64,000 nt of DNA from an uncultured Clostridia bacterium (GTDB lineage Bacteria; Bacillota; Clostridia; TANB77; CAG-508): NCBI GenBank assembly GCA_934133175.1, contig CAKPAX010000001.1:28387-92386 (forward strand), in the 5' to 3' direction. Shown piece after piece: positions 28,260 to 39,566 of this stretch. The translations under genes and the position numbers were made by a program. The notes under the pieces are model-generated. The model searched no databases and was not told where the DNA came from. It saw only the letters and a program-made list of their open reading frames with translations. Within the stretch, counting starts at the first letter, position 1; each line of letters starts with the position of its first letter.

Positions 28260-29843
28260 TTGCAAAGAAAAAAGGATAATTTTTTAGATAAAATAGTTAA
28301 AAAAAATTATAACAATCAAATTGAAGAAGTTTTAGAAAATAAAAACTTTGATGAATCTGCAAAAAATCTTCTCCTTAGTATGCTATACAAAGTTGAAGCA
28401 TCCTACAAAGATTATGAAGTGGTCAAAAAAAATGTTATTACTAAAGAAGAATATATAGAAAAGATAATAAAAACAATAAAAAATAATTGTAATATGATAA
28501 AAATAGTAAAAAATACATCAGAAGAAAATGAAATATTACAAAATAGAACGTTTCTAGTTGATAAAAAGGCTAAAGAAATAATTTGTTTTCCAATAGAAAG
28601 AAAATTATTATATTGTATATCCAAAATATCAAAAAAAGATAAAATAATAAAAGATAAATATCTTATTATTAATGAAACATTATCTGATACATTAAATATT
28701 GGGAACAACATTGATAGTGTAGAACCTTTAAGAGATTTTAATGGTTTTTCATGGACAACTATTCCAAATGAAATAGAGAGCGTTGAACATAATTTAATAT
28801 ATCAAAATTTAAATATATTAGTAGGAAATACTTTTTTAAATAAATGGATAAATAATAATGAGTATTTAATAGATTATTTAGAAGAATTTAAAAATATAAT
28901 GGATATAAATTATGGAAGAGAAATTACAGAAGAATATATCGAAAATTTAAAAGTATTATCATTTTTATTAGATATAACAGTAGATGTAAACAAAAAAAAT
29001 TATTATAGTAAACAAAAAAAGCAAGTAGAAGAAGAATTGCTTAAAATAAATGATAAAGAACAATATATATTAGATATAACAGAAAAGAAAAAAGAAGAAA
29101 ATAAGAAATTTGAAAAATTAGATAAAATTTTAAATAATAAAGAATTATTAGAAAAAGAATATATAAAAAGAAATAGTAAATTGCAATTAGAAGATAAAAT
29201 ATTTAGTATTAGAGTATTAGCTGAAATGTTAATAAAAGAAAAACAAGAAGTTTTTGAAAAGATAGAAAAATATAATGAATTGCTTAATCCACAAAATTAT
29301 GTAAAAAATAAAACAAGATTAGATGAAAAATTTAAATATTTAAAATTAATAGACATAAATGATAAAGAATTAGAAATAAAAACAAAGATGACAAATCTTC
29401 AAAAAAATTTTTTGAAATGTTTTCAATTAAAAATAAAAAAAGCAAATAATAAGCAAGATATGATAGAATTATTTTGTTTACTTAGATATTATAATTTATT
29501 ACCATTTGATAGAAATAATTATATATATAATTTAAAAGAAATTATTAAAGAATTAGAAGAAACCAAAAAATTATTGATAAATAAAGCAGTACAAATGAAA
29601 TTAATACAAGAATATTCTACTAATAAGGAATTAAATTATTTAATATTGAAAAATGTATTTGAAATAAGAACAATTTCTATAGAACAATTATATTTGAAAA
29701 TAATAAAAGATAAAAATAAATTTTATCTTCAATTATTTGATGAAAAATTATTTGAAGAAAAAATAGAAATAAATTATGATAAAGAAATAAATAAAAAAGA
29801 TTTTAATGTAAAATTAAATAAAAAGTTAAAAATGTTTAATTAA
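28260..29843 (+). CDS. hypothetical protein (K/E/N-rich, 527 aa)
   Basis: TTG start 7 nt after SD AAGGAG. Long uninterrupted ORF. I recognise no motif. Confidence 0.55.
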   Translation: MQRKKDNFLDKIVKKNYNNQIEEVLENKNFDESAKNLLLSMLYKVEASYKDYEVVKKNVITKEEYIEKIIKTIKNNCNMIKIVKNTSEENEILQNRTFLVDKKAKEIICFPIERKLLYCISKISKKDKIIKDKYLIINETLSDTLNIGNNIDSVEPLRDFNGFSWTTIPNEIESVEHNLIYQNLNILVGNTFLNKWINNNEYLIDYLEEFKNIMDINYGREITEEYIENLKVLSFLLDITVDVNKKNYYSKQKKQVEEELLKINDKEQYILDITEKKKEENKKFEKLDKILNNKELLEKEYIKRNSKLQLEDKIFSIRVLAEMLIKEKQEVFEKIEKYNELLNPQNYVKNKTRLDEKFKYLKLIDINDKELEIKTKMTNLQKNFLKCFQLKIKKANNKQDMIELFCLLRYYNLLPFDRNNYIYNLKEIIKELEETKKLLINKAVQMKLIQEYSTNKELNYLILKNVFEIRTISIEQLYLKIIKDKNKFYLQLFDEKLFEEKIEINYDKEINKKDFNVKLNKKLKMFN

Positions 29844-29859
29844 AAATAGGAGGTATTAT

Positions 29860-31500
29860 ATGAAGATAACTTTTTTAGGAGCAACAAAAACAGTAACAGG
29901 TTCTAATTTTTTAGTAGAAGCTGCAGGAAAAAAGTTTTTAGTAGATTGTGGAATGTATCAAGGAAATACTGAGTTAGAGGAAGAAAATAATGATCCATTT
30001 TTATTTGATCCAAAAGAATTAGATTTTATGTTGCTTACACATGCACATATAGATCACTCTGGTAGAATACCTAAATTGTATAATGAAGGTTTTAGAAAAC
30101 CTATATATGCACATAAAGCAACTTGTGATTTATGTAGTTTAATGTTACCAGATAGCGGTCATATTCAAGAAATGGAAAATGAATGGAAGAACAGGAAAAG
30201 AGTAAGAAAAGGAGAGAAAGAAAGAGAACCATTATATACAGCTGAAGATGCTGCTAGATGTTTGGAAGTATTTGTTCCTGTAAAATATGATGAAATAATA
30301 GATATTGATGAAAATATACATGTAAGATTTAATGATGCGGGACATATGCTAGGCTCAAGTATTATAGAAGTATGGGCAAAAGAAAATGGAAGAGAAGAAA
30401 AAGCAGTGTTTACAGGAGATATAGGAAATAATGATATTCCACTTTTAGATTCTCCAACAATGATAGAAGATACAGATTACTTAGTTATGGAATCAACATA
30501 TGGAAGTAGACTTCATATAAAAAATGATCAAAAAGCAGAAATGTTTTTGGATATAGTTTCAGAAACAATAGATAATGGCGGAACAGTTGTAATACCATCA
30601 TTTGCTGTTGGTAGAACTCAAGAAATATTATATGAATTAAATAAAATAAAAGAAAAAAGAGATGATGAAGAGTTTATAAGAAAATATAGAACTCTTATGA
30701 AAGTTCCAGTATATGTAGATAGCCCTCTAGCAATATCTGCAACAGAAGTTTTTAAAGAAAATATGGATTTGTTTGAAGAAGAAGTACAAAAAGAAATACA
30801 AAGTGGAGATAACCCATTAGAATTTCCTGGACTTAAATTCACAGTAACAGCTGATGAATCAAAAGCATTAAATGAAGATACAAAACCTTGTATTATAATT
30901 TCTGCAAGTGGTATGTGTGAAGTTGGAAGAATAAAACATCATTTAAAACATCATTTATGGAAACCAAATAGTACAATTTTGTTTGTTGGATATCAAGCAC
31001 CAGGAACACTTGGAAATAGTATTGTAAATGGAGCAAAGAAGGTAAAAATATTTGGAGAAGAAATTGCTGTAAATGCAAGGGTTGAGTATATAGAAGGATA
31101 TTCTGGACATGCTGATCAACAATGGCTTATGAATTTTATATATTCTTTTGAAAAGAAACCAAAACATATATTTTTAGTACATGGTGAAGAAAATTCTCAA
31201 GAAGTGTTAAGAGATAAAATTTTGGAAGGAACAAAAATAGACGTTATTATACCAGATTATGGTGATGTGTATAATCTAGCAAATGAAGAAGTTCAATTAG
31301 TTGAAAAAGGAAAACCAAGAAAACATAATAAATTAAAGGTTGAAGTATTAGAAAGATTAAATAAACTAAAAAGCGAAATTAATGATATGGATATAATGAT
31401 TAGAGAAGATATGAACAAAGACTTAAAAGATGAAGATGCATTTAGAATTAATGAAAAAATTAAAGATTTAGAAAAGCAAATTGTTGATATTTTGTCATAA
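29860..31500 (+). CDS. MBL-fold beta-CASP family ribonuclease
   Basis: HAHIDHSG (HxHxDH), later DAGH and HGE motifs. Size and order are typical of beta-CASP RNA-processing hydrolases. Confidence 0.85.
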   Translation: MKITFLGATKTVTGSNFLVEAAGKKFLVDCGMYQGNTELEEENNDPFLFDPKELDFMLLTHAHIDHSGRIPKLYNEGFRKPIYAHKATCDLCSLMLPDSGHIQEMENEWKNRKRVRKGEKEREPLYTAEDAARCLEVFVPVKYDEIIDIDENIHVRFNDAGHMLGSSIIEVWAKENGREEKAVFTGDIGNNDIPLLDSPTMIEDTDYLVMESTYGSRLHIKNDQKAEMFLDIVSETIDNGGTVVIPSFAVGRTQEILYELNKIKEKRDDEEFIRKYRTLMKVPVYVDSPLAISATEVFKENMDLFEEEVQKEIQSGDNPLEFPGLKFTVTADESKALNEDTKPCIIISASGMCEVGRIKHHLKHHLWKPNSTILFVGYQAPGTLGNSIVNGAKKVKIFGEEIAVNARVEYIEGYSGHADQQWLMNFIYSFEKKPKHIFLVHGEENSQEVLRDKILEGTKIDVIIPDYGDVYNLANEEVQLVEKGKPRKHNKLKVEVLERLNKLKSEINDMDIMIREDMNKDLKDEDAFRINEKIKDLEKQIVDILS

Positions 31501-31516
31501 TACAAAGGAGTAAAAA

Positions 31517-33421
31517 ATGAGTAACAAATATTTAAATGAAGCTATAATAGGTAACAAAGATATGCTTGCAACATATACAGCAAAAGGAGAATTACAAAGA
31601 ATATATTATCCAAACAAAGATAATAAACAATATATTAATTTTTATCATACAGGAGTAAAAGTTAATGATTCTGATTTAATATATTTACATGATGACATCA
31701 ACAACACATACAAACAATATTATGATACAGATACAAATGTTTTAAATACAGAAATAGATAACACATATTTTAATTTAAAAATTTTACAAACAGATTTTGT
31801 TTTAATAAAAGAAAATGTATTAGTAAAAAGATATACATTTATAAATGAAAATAATATAGACTTAAATATAGAATTTTTTATACATTCAGAATTATTATCT
31901 GATCACAATAATTTTGTTGGAGCAAGAGTTATTGATAATGGAATGATTCAATATTCACATGACTTTATGTTTTCTACATTTGCTAAAAATCAAAAAATAA
32001 CTGGACATCAAATAAACGGAAGTAATAATACTATAAAAACAGGTGATATCTATGACAAAGATTATATTGGAATGTCAAAAGATTCTAGTATTAAATATGA
32101 TATAGGAACAATAAAAAAAGAAGAAAAAAAGGTATTAGAAATTTGTATAGTAATTCAAGATACTGTAAGTAAAATGAGTGATTTTGAAACTGAAATAGAA
32201 AGAATAAGAAAAATTGATTTTCAAAAAGAATATACAAATACAAAGTCTTATTGGAGAAAATTTGTAAAAACACACAATGGATTAAATTTAAAAGAACCAA
32301 AAAATAGTTATGAAGAAAAAATACAAGAAATATATAAAAGAACAATATTACTATTTCCATTACTTCAGAATCAAGAAACAGGAGGAATAATTGCAGCACC
32401 AGAAATAGACGAAGACTTAACAAAATGTGGAAGATATGCATATTGTTGGCCTAGAGATGCAGTTTTTATAACAAAAGCATTAGATATATTGCAAATGCAA
32501 AAAGAAACAGAAAAATTTTATAAAAACTTTTGCAAAAATACTCAAAGTAAAAATGGAATGTGGGAACAAAGATTTTTTACAGATGGAAGATTAGCACCAT
32601 GTTGGGGATATCAAATAGATGAAACTGCAAGTGTAATATATGGGGTATATTCACATTATGAATATACAAAAGATGAAAAATTCTTAAAAGATAATTTAAA
32701 AATGTGTGAAAAAGCAGTGGACTTTTTAAAAAGATATGTAACAGATTTATTTGAAAATACAAATAAGTACCATGTAAGTTATGATTTATGGGAAATGGCA
32801 GAAGGCATACATTTATATTCATTAGCTAGTATATATTCTGCTTTTGATTGCATACTAAAAATGTATTCGATACTTGGAAAAAATGTTTCAGATTTTGAAA
32901 ATAATAGATTAAAAGACGAAAAAATTTCTAAATCAGAAAGAAAAATAGAAAAATTACAAGTTGAAATAAAAAAATATATAAATGACAACTTATATGATGA
33001 GGAAAAAAATTCTTATGTAAGAAATATGGATGACAGAAAAATGGATATAAGTATTTTAGGTGCAGTAGTTCCATTTAATGTGTTTACACCTAAAGAAAAG
33101 AAAATACAAAATACTGTAGAAAAAATAAATTTGACTTTAAGAACATATACAGGCGGATATCAAAGATTTGAAAATGATCATTATATGAATGGAAACCCAT
33201 GGCCAATTTCTAATTTATGGATGACATTATATTATTTAGAAAAAGGCGAAAAAAAGAAAGCAAAAGAAATATTTGATTTTGTAATTAAAACAGCAGGAAA
33301 ACATTGCTTACTTGGGGAACAGATAGATAATAATACATTAAAACCAAATTGGGTATTAGGTTTAGGATGGTCACATGCAATGTTTATAATTGTATTAGAA
33401 AAAATGTTAAAAAATAGTTGA
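31517..33421 (+). CDS. glycoside hydrolase family 15 (glucoamylase-like)
   Basis: GGIIAAPE...YAYCWPRDA, YDLWE, and an (alpha/alpha)6-type C-terminal half with NPWPIS.LW. Confidence 0.85.
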   Translation: MSNKYLNEAIIGNKDMLATYTAKGELQRIYYPNKDNKQYINFYHTGVKVNDSDLIYLHDDINNTYKQYYDTDTNVLNTEIDNTYFNLKILQTDFVLIKENVLVKRYTFINENNIDLNIEFFIHSELLSDHNNFVGARVIDNGMIQYSHDFMFSTFAKNQKITGHQINGSNNTIKTGDIYDKDYIGMSKDSSIKYDIGTIKKEEKKVLEICIVIQDTVSKMSDFETEIERIRKIDFQKEYTNTKSYWRKFVKTHNGLNLKEPKNSYEEKIQEIYKRTILLFPLLQNQETGGIIAAPEIDEDLTKCGRYAYCWPRDAVFITKALDILQMQKETEKFYKNFCKNTQSKNGMWEQRFFTDGRLAPCWGYQIDETASVIYGVYSHYEYTKDEKFLKDNLKMCEKAVDFLKRYVTDLFENTNKYHVSYDLWEMAEGIHLYSLASIYSAFDCILKMYSILGKNVSDFENNRLKDEKISKSERKIEKLQVEIKKYINDNLYDEEKNSYVRNMDDRKMDISILGAVVPFNVFTPKEKKIQNTVEKINLTLRTYTGGYQRFENDHYMNGNPWPISNLWMTLYYLEKGEKKKAKEIFDFVIKTAGKHCLLGEQIDNNTLKPNWVLGLGWSHAMFIIVLEKMLKNS

Positions 33422-33439
33422 ACTTATAGTCAATAATAC

Positions 33440-33468
33440 TTGAAATGTAATATTTTTTGATATAGAAT
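33440..33468 (+). promoter_or_regulatory. putative sigma-A promoter of gap
   Basis: TTGAAA - 17 nt - TAGAAT. 31 of 38 nt are identical to the region upstream of pgk (36330-36367). Confidence 0.5.
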
Positions 33469-33548
33469 GGTATTGCCTATGTAAAATAGGTAATAATATA
33501 AAAAATGTATAATAAGCTAAAAGCTTTTAAATTAAAGGAGGAATTTTT

Positions 33549-34565
33549 ATGTCAGTAAAAGTAGCCATTAATGGTTTTGGACGTATAGGACGTCTTGCAT
33601 TTAGACAAATGTTTGGAGCAGAAGGGTATGAAATAGTTGCAATAAACGACTTAACAAGCCCAGCTATGCTTGCACAATTATTAAAATATGATTCAGCACA
33701 AGGAAGATACGAAAAAGCAGATACAGTTGTTGCTGGAGAAGATTCTATAACAGTAGATGGAAAAACAATAAAAATATATGCAGAAAAAGATGCAAAAGAT
33801 TTACCATGGGGAGAAATTGGTGTAGATGTTGTATTAGAATGTACAGGTTTCTATACATCAAAAGAAAAATCACAAGCTCATATAGATGCAGGAGCTAAAA
33901 AAGTTGTTATTTCAGCACCAGCTGGAAAAGATTTACCAACAATAGTTTATGGAGTAAATGAAAAAACATTAACAGCAGATGAAAAAATAATATCAGCTGC
34001 ATCTTGTACAACAAACTGTTTAGCACCAATGGCAAAAGCATTAAATGATTATGCACCAATTCAATCAGGAATAATGACAACAGTACATGCTTATACAGGA
34101 GATCAAATGCTTTTAGATGGGCCACACAGAAAAGGAGATTTAAGAAGAGCAAGAGCTGCTGCTGTGAATATAGTACCTAATTCAACAGGAGCTGCAAAAG
34201 CAATTGGATTAGTTATACCAGAATTAAATGGTAAATTGATTGGATCTGCACAAAGAGTTCCAGTTCCAACAGGTTCAACAACAATATTAGTGGCAGTTGT
34301 AAAAGGAGAAAATATAACAGTTGATTCTATAAATGCTGCTATGAAAGCTGAAGCAAGTGAATCATTTGGATATACAGATGAATTATTAGTTTCTTCTGAT
34401 GTTATAGGTATGAGATATGGATCATTATTTGATAGTACTCAAACAATGGTAACAGAAATTGGAGATGGATTATATCAAGTACAAGTAGTTTCTTGGTATG
34501 ATAATGAAAATTCTTATACAAGCCAAATGGTAAGAACAATTAAATATTTTGCAGAATTAGGATAA
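33549..34565 (+). CDS. gap: type I glyceraldehyde-3-phosphate dehydrogenase
   Basis: [23 protein letters not shown]. Confidence 0.97.
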   Translation: MSVKVAINGFGRIGRLAFRQMFGAEGYEIVAINDLTSPAMLAQLLKYDSAQGRYEKADTVVAGEDSITVDGKTIKIYAEKDAKDLPWGEIGVDVVLECTGFYTSKEKSQAHIDAGAKKVVISAPAGKDLPTIVYGVNEKTLTADEKIISAASCTTNCLAPMAKALNDYAPIQSGIMTTVHAYTGDQMLLDGPHRKGDLRRARAAAVNIVPNSTGAAKAIGLVIPELNGKLIGSAQRVPVPTGSTTILVAVVKGENITVDSINAAMKAEASESFGYTDELLVSSDVIGMRYGSLFDSTQTMVTEIGDGLYQVQVVSWYDNENSYTSQMVRTIKYFAELG

Positions 34566-34626
34566 TATTAAATATACAAAAGAGGAGCATAATAATGAAT
34601 ATAATGGAGATAATATCCATATGAAT

Positions 34627-34680
34627 AAAAAGATAACAATAAAGCCTATAGAAATATAGGTTTTTGTTGTTATCTTTTTT
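34627..34680 (+). terminator. rho-independent terminator after gap
   Basis: Long stem aaaagataacaataaagcctata / tataggtttttgttgttatctttt plus a T-run. Confidence 0.75.
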
Positions 34681-34765
34681 GCTTTTTTAATTATTTTTAA
34701 TATAAAGGTAAAATGAGTTATTAATTTTAAAGTATAAATATGATAAAATAAAAGGAGAAAATTTT

Positions 34766-36247
34766 ATGAAACAAAATAACAGAAGACTAGATAAAGGTAT
34801 AACATTAATAGCATTAGTAATAACAATAATAGTATTATTAATATTAGCAGGAGTAGCAATAAGCATGTTAACAGGAGAAAATGGAATATTAAAACAGGCA
34901 ACAAGTGCAAAAAATACAACAGATAAGTCAGAATTTGAAGAGCAAGTAAAATTAGCAGTAATGGCATCAAAGGTAAATGATAAAGGAGCAATAGATTTAA
35001 CCACATTAGAAGCAGAAATAGGAAAAATAAAAGGAACAGAAATAACAAAAAATGGAACAGATAATAGTTTACCTTGGACAGTAAAGAAAGGAAGTTATGA
35101 GGTAACAATAACATCAGAAGGAACAATAACATCAAACACAACAGGAAAAGATGAACAAGTTGTTGAATCAGAGGTTATGAAACAAGCTAAAGGAGCAATG
35201 CCAGAAGGAGCATCCATAGACTCAACAACAAATGAGAATACAGGAATAGTAATGATTGATAGTAAGCAAAACGAGTGGGTATGGATAGAAGTGCCAGCAA
35301 CAGTATTTGCAACTGCAACAAATAATACAGATTACGAGAATATAAAAGCAGATTTAATAGAATATGTAAAAGATTATAGAGAAGAAGGATATTCAGATGA
35401 ATGGTATGCAAAAGTTAATAATAGTAAATTTATAACAGCAAATACAGAGGGAATAACAGATGAACAAAAGTTGTTAAGTAATGGATGTGGGTTAACTTAT
35501 GATCAATATAATGAAAAATATAACAAAATGTTAAGTAGTATATATACCAATAAAGGGTTTTATATAGGAAGATATGAAACAGGAGATGGTACTGCAACCA
35601 AAAACAATATAAGTAGAAGTAATGCAAATAGAGCTGGAACAGTAGATGAAATTGCTAATGTAGATAATGAAGGGGTTATCAAAGAAAATCAAATGCCATA
35701 TAATTATGTTTATTGTAAAGAGGCAGAAATAGTTGCTGAAAGGTTTGCAACAACTGGAAAAACAAGTAGTTTAATGTTTGGAATACAATGGGATTTGGTA
35801 TGTAAGTTTTTAGAAGTGAAAGGCAATTGGGATACAAGTACAAATACAGCACAATATTATATAAAATCAAATAGTACAGATTGGGGAAATTATAAAAATA
35901 GTACTATTACATTAAATCAAGGAAAATATTTTACATCTGCAAGTAATTCATGGGCTGCAATAAATGTTGATGAAAAAAATTATGTAAAGAATTCGTCAAA
36001 AATACAAAACTCATCTATATTATTAACAACAGGATCTAGTGAAAATACTAAAAAAATGAATATATATGATTTAGCTGGAAATGTTGTAGAAAGAACACTA
36101 GAAAAAGCAGATAAAGAAAGAAATGTTTGTAGTGAGAGAGGAGGACATTTATACGTAAATGGATCAGAAAATTCAGTTTCCTGTCGTTATGATGATTATA
36201 CTGATACAAGTGATTTACTTTTTGGATTTCGTGTGGCACTTTATTAA
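34766..36247 (+). CDS. prepilin-like N-terminus + FGE/SUMF1-like domain protein (intact paralog)
   Basis: MKQNNRRLDKG/ITLIALVITIIVLLILAGVAISMLTGENGILKQA; C-terminal YDLAGNVVE, ERGGH and FGFRVALY. Confidence 0.8.
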   Translation: MKQNNRRLDKGITLIALVITIIVLLILAGVAISMLTGENGILKQATSAKNTTDKSEFEEQVKLAVMASKVNDKGAIDLTTLEAEIGKIKGTEITKNGTDNSLPWTVKKGSYEVTITSEGTITSNTTGKDEQVVESEVMKQAKGAMPEGASIDSTTNENTGIVMIDSKQNEWVWIEVPATVFATATNNTDYENIKADLIEYVKDYREEGYSDEWYAKVNNSKFITANTEGITDEQKLLSNGCGLTYDQYNEKYNKMLSSIYTNKGFYIGRYETGDGTATKNNISRSNANRAGTVDEIANVDNEGVIKENQMPYNYVYCKEAEIVAERFATTGKTSSLMFGIQWDLVCKFLEVKGNWDTSTNTAQYYIKSNSTDWGNYKNSTITLNQGKYFTSASNSWAAINVDEKNYVKNSSKIQNSSILLTTGSSENTKKMNIYDLAGNVVERTLEKADKERNVCSERGGHLYVNGSENSVSCRYDDYTDTSDLLFGFRVALY

Positions 36248-36322
36248 TTAATAAAAATAATTATTTGTAAAAAAAATAATTTAATAATAAAATAAATAAT
36301 CAAAAATAAAATATAAAAACCC

Positions 36323-36351
36323 AAAGAACACTTGAAAAGTGTTCTTTTTTG
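36323..36351 (+). terminator. rho-independent terminator
   Basis: Stem aagaacac / gtgttctt plus TTTTTT. It overlaps the -35 of the pgk promoter. Confidence 0.75.
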
Positions 36352-36360
36352 GTATAGAAT
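36332..36360 (+). promoter_or_regulatory. putative sigma-A promoter of pgk
   Basis: TTGAAA - 17 nt - TAGAAT; near-copy of the gap promoter. Confidence 0.5.
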
Positions 36361-36411
36361 TGAATTGTTAAAACGAAATTATGGAATAATAATGTTTAAG
36401 GAGGAGTTTTT

Positions 36412-37596
36412 ATGAATAAAAAAACTATAAGAGATATTGATTTAAAAGGAAAAAAAGTTTTAGTAAGATGTGATTTTAATGTCCCAATGGATGAAAATCA
36501 AAATATAACAGACAATAGAAGAATAGTAGCAGCTATTCCAACAATAAAATATTTATTAGAAAACAATTGTGCAATTATATTATGCTCACATTTAGGAAGA
36601 CCTAAGGGAGAATTTAAACCAGAATTTTCACTAAAACCAGTAGCAAAAGAATTATCAAGATTATTAGATATAGATGTAAAAATGGCTAAAGATGTTATAG
36701 GAGAAGATGCTAAAAAATTAGCTTCTAATTTACAACAAGGAGAAATAATGCTTCTTGAAAATGTTAGATTTCACAGAGAAGAAACAGATAATGATGAAAA
36801 TTTTGCTAAAGAACTAGCAAGTTTAGCAGAAATATTTGTAAATGATGCTTTTGGAGCAGCACATAGAGCACATGCTTCAACAGCGGGTGTTGCTAAATTT
36901 TTACCAGCAGTATCAGGATTTTTAATTGAAAAAGAATTAAATTTCTTAGGAAATGCTATAACAAACCCAGAAAGACCTTTTGTTGCAATATTAGGTGGCG
37001 CAAAAGTTTCAGATAAAATTGGAGTTATAGATAGCTTATTAGAAAAAGTAGATACATTAATGATTGGTGGAGGTATGGCATATACTTTCTTCAAGGCACA
37101 AGGATATAATGTAGGAAATTCTATATGTGAAGAAGATAAATTGGATTTAGCTAAAGAAGCAATGGAAAAAGCTAAAGCAAAAGGTGTAAAATTATTATTA
37201 CCAATAGATACAAAAATAGGAAAAGAATTTAAACCAGATACAGAAAGTAAAACAGTTGCTTGGACAGAAATTCCTGATGGATGGGAAGGATTTGACATTG
37301 GAGAAAAAACAATAGAAATGTTTGCAGAAGAATTAAAAACAGCCAAAACAGTTATATGGAATGGACCTTTAGGATTATTTGAATTTGATCAATTTGCAAT
37401 AGGAACAAATGCTATAGCAAAAATACTAGCAGATTTAGATGCAACAACAATAATTGGTGGTGGAGATTCAGCAGCTGCAGTAGAAAAAATTGGATTATCA
37501 GATAAAATGACACATATCTCAACAGGTGGTGGAGCATCACTTGAATTCTTAGAAGGTAAAAAATTACCAGGAATAGAAGCTTTACAAGACAAATAG
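36412..37596 (+). CDS. pgk: phosphoglycerate kinase
   Basis: [21 protein letters not shown] and STGGGASLE. Confidence 0.97.
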   Translation: MNKKTIRDIDLKGKKVLVRCDFNVPMDENQNITDNRRIVAAIPTIKYLLENNCAIILCSHLGRPKGEFKPEFSLKPVAKELSRLLDIDVKMAKDVIGEDAKKLASNLQQGEIMLLENVRFHREETDNDENFAKELASLAEIFVNDAFGAAHRAHASTAGVAKFLPAVSGFLIEKELNFLGNAITNPERPFVAILGGAKVSDKIGVIDSLLEKVDTLMIGGGMAYTFFKAQGYNVGNSICEEDKLDLAKEAMEKAKAKGVKLLLPIDTKIGKEFKPDTESKTVAWTEIPDGWEGFDIGEKTIEMFAEELKTAKTVIWNGPLGLFEFDQFAIGTNAIAKILADLDATTIIGGGDSAAAVEKIGLSDKMTHISTGGGASLEFLEGKKLPGIEALQDK

Positions 37597-37614
37597 AATT
37601 GAAGGGAAAATTAT

Positions 37615-38214
37615 ATGAAGAATATCAAAGGACCAAGTACAAATGAAGTATATTACAAAATGTATGATATTAATGGTAATTTAAAAGGAAAAATAGAAAA
37701 AAGTAAAGAAAAAGATATACAAAATAATATGTGGCTTAGAGGAGTAAGTTGTTTTGTTCTTAATGAAAATAATCAAGTATTAATAGAAAAAAGAACAAAC
37801 AAAGGGCTTACTCCTGGTAAGCTTGATTTGTGTTCCGGACATATTGATGATGACGAAGTACCTACACAAGCAATAATAAGAGAGTTAAGAGAAGAATTAG
37901 GAATTCCTCTTGAAGAATCAATAAATGTAGTTAAATTAACAGAAAGACCAGAAGCATTGATATTTGAAAGTTCAGGAAAAAACAAAAACTTTTTAATAGA
38001 TTTTTATTGTTTAAAAAGAAATAAATCGAATGTAACTATTCAAAAACAGGAAGTGGCTGATATAGCTTGGATTGATTTAGAAAAAGCTTTTAAGTTAATA
38101 GAAACTGGAAATACAAAATTTCCAAGTGGAGAAAATTATAAGAAAATATTTGAGAAGGTACGAGAATTAATAGATTCAAGAGAAATAGCAGAAGAAGATG
38201 GAGCAAGAGATTAA
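37615..38214 (+). CDS. NUDIX hydrolase (Idi-like subgroup possible)
   Basis: Nudix box GHIDDDEVPTQAIIRELREELGI. Confidence 0.85.
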   Translation: MKNIKGPSTNEVYYKMYDINGNLKGKIEKSKEKDIQNNMWLRGVSCFVLNENNQVLIEKRTNKGLTPGKLDLCSGHIDDDEVPTQAIIRELREELGIPLEESINVVKLTERPEALIFESSGKNKNFLIDFYCLKRNKSNVTIQKQEVADIAWIDLEKAFKLIETGNTKFPSGENYKKIFEKVRELIDSREIAEEDGARD

Positions 38215-38235
38215 TTGATATGAAAGGAATAAAAA

Positions 38236-38796
38236 ATGATAGTAACATTATCAGGAATAACAGGAATAGGAAAATCTTTTTTTAAAAATGTAATTGTAGA
38301 TGAACTAAAATTTAAAAATATGGTAATAGTTACAACAAGAGCAAAAAGAAAAAATGAAATAGATGGTATAGATAAAAACTTTGTTTCAAATGAACAATTT
38401 GAAATGTTAAAATCTAATAATGAAATTGCTGTTGATTTTAATTTTTTGGGTTCAAAATATGGGTATAAGGTAAATGATTTAAAATTAGATGAAAATCAAG
38501 TTACAGAAGTACATTATAATACAATATATGAGTTTAAGAAAAATGCAAAAAATGTATTTGCAATATATATGATTCCATCAGATTTTGAAAGAGCAAAAAA
38601 AGAACTTTTAAAAAGAGAGTTACCTAAAGATGTAGAAGAAAAAAGGTTAAAGGAAATAGAAGAACATATAAAAGAATTTAATTCTAACAAAGAGCTTCAA
38701 AAACAGTTTGATTACATATTTATAAATGACTATACAGAAAATTCAAAAAATAAATTACTAGATGTTATAAGACAAAGATTAAAAGGAGAGATGTAA
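38236..38796 (+). CDS. guanylate-kinase-like P-loop protein
   Basis: LSGITGIGKS P-loop and TTRAKRKNEIDGIDKNFVSNEQFE (compare GMP kinase TTR.pR.gE.dG.dY.Fvs...F). Confidence 0.7.
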   Translation: MIVTLSGITGIGKSFFKNVIVDELKFKNMVIVTTRAKRKNEIDGIDKNFVSNEQFEMLKSNNEIAVDFNFLGSKYGYKVNDLKLDENQVTEVHYNTIYEFKKNAKNVFAIYMIPSDFERAKKELLKRELPKDVEEKRLKEIEEHIKEFNSNKELQKQFDYIFINDYTENSKNKLLDVIRQRLKGEM

Positions 38797-38797
38797 T

Positions 38798-39547
38798 ATG
38801 AGAAAAAAAGTAATTGCAGGAAATTGGAAAATGAATATGCTTCCTAATGAGGCTATGGCATTTATCGAAGAATTAGCTCCATTAGTAAAAAATACAGAAA
38901 ATGAAGTAATTCTTTGTGTTCCATACACAGATTTATTTTATAGTTTACTTACAGCACAAGAAACGAACATAAAAATAGGAGCACAAAATATGCATTTTGA
39001 AGAATCAGGAGCATATACAGGAGAAGTATCTGGAAAGATGCTAAAATCAATTGGAGTAGAATATGTAATTATAGGTCACTCTGAAAGAAGACAATATTTT
39101 GCTGAAACAGATGAAAGTGTAAATAAAAAAATAAAAGCAGCATTTTTAAATGGATTAAAGCCAATAGTTTGTGTTGGTGAAACATTAGAACAAAGAGAAG
39201 AAGGAAAAACAGTAGAAATTATCACAAAACAAACACAACTTGCTTTAGATGGATTAACTAATGAACAAGTAGAAAATACTATAATAGCGTATGAGCCAAT
39301 ATGGGCAATAGGAACAGGAAAAACAGCAACAGCAGAAGATGCAAATAATAGTATTAAAGAAATAAGAAATAAAATTGGAAAAATATATGGACAAAATACT
39401 GCAGACAGAGTTATAATACAGTATGGCGGTAGCGTTAAGTCATCAAATGCAAAAGAATTATTTGAGATGTCAGATATAGATGGTGGCTTAGTTGGTGGAG
39501 CTAGTTTGAAAGCAGAAGAATTTTCAAAAATAGTAAACTATAAATAA
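38798..39547 (+). CDS. tpiA: triose-phosphate isomerase
   Basis: AGNWKMN, IGHSERR, AYEPIWAIGTG. Confidence 0.97.
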   Translation: MRKKVIAGNWKMNMLPNEAMAFIEELAPLVKNTENEVILCVPYTDLFYSLLTAQETNIKIGAQNMHFEESGAYTGEVSGKMLKSIGVEYVIIGHSERRQYFAETDESVNKKIKAAFLNGLKPIVCVGETLEQREEGKTVEIITKQTQLALDGLTNEQVENTIIAYEPIWAIGTGKTATAEDANNSIKEIRNKIGKIYGQNTADRVIIQYGGSVKSSNAKELFEMSDIDGGLVGGASLKAEEFSKIVNYK

Positions 39548-39566
39548 TAGAAAGAGGTAAAAACAT

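Noticed and set aside
36771-37346. Long antisense ORFs inside highly conserved genes (18411-18902 in mutL, 36771-37346 and 37389-37592 in pgk, 42587-42979 and 43157-43561 in the GGGtGRT gene, 60588-60989 in the LRR gene)
   Set aside because: The sense strands encode unmistakable conserved proteins. The antisense products are low-complexity shadows.
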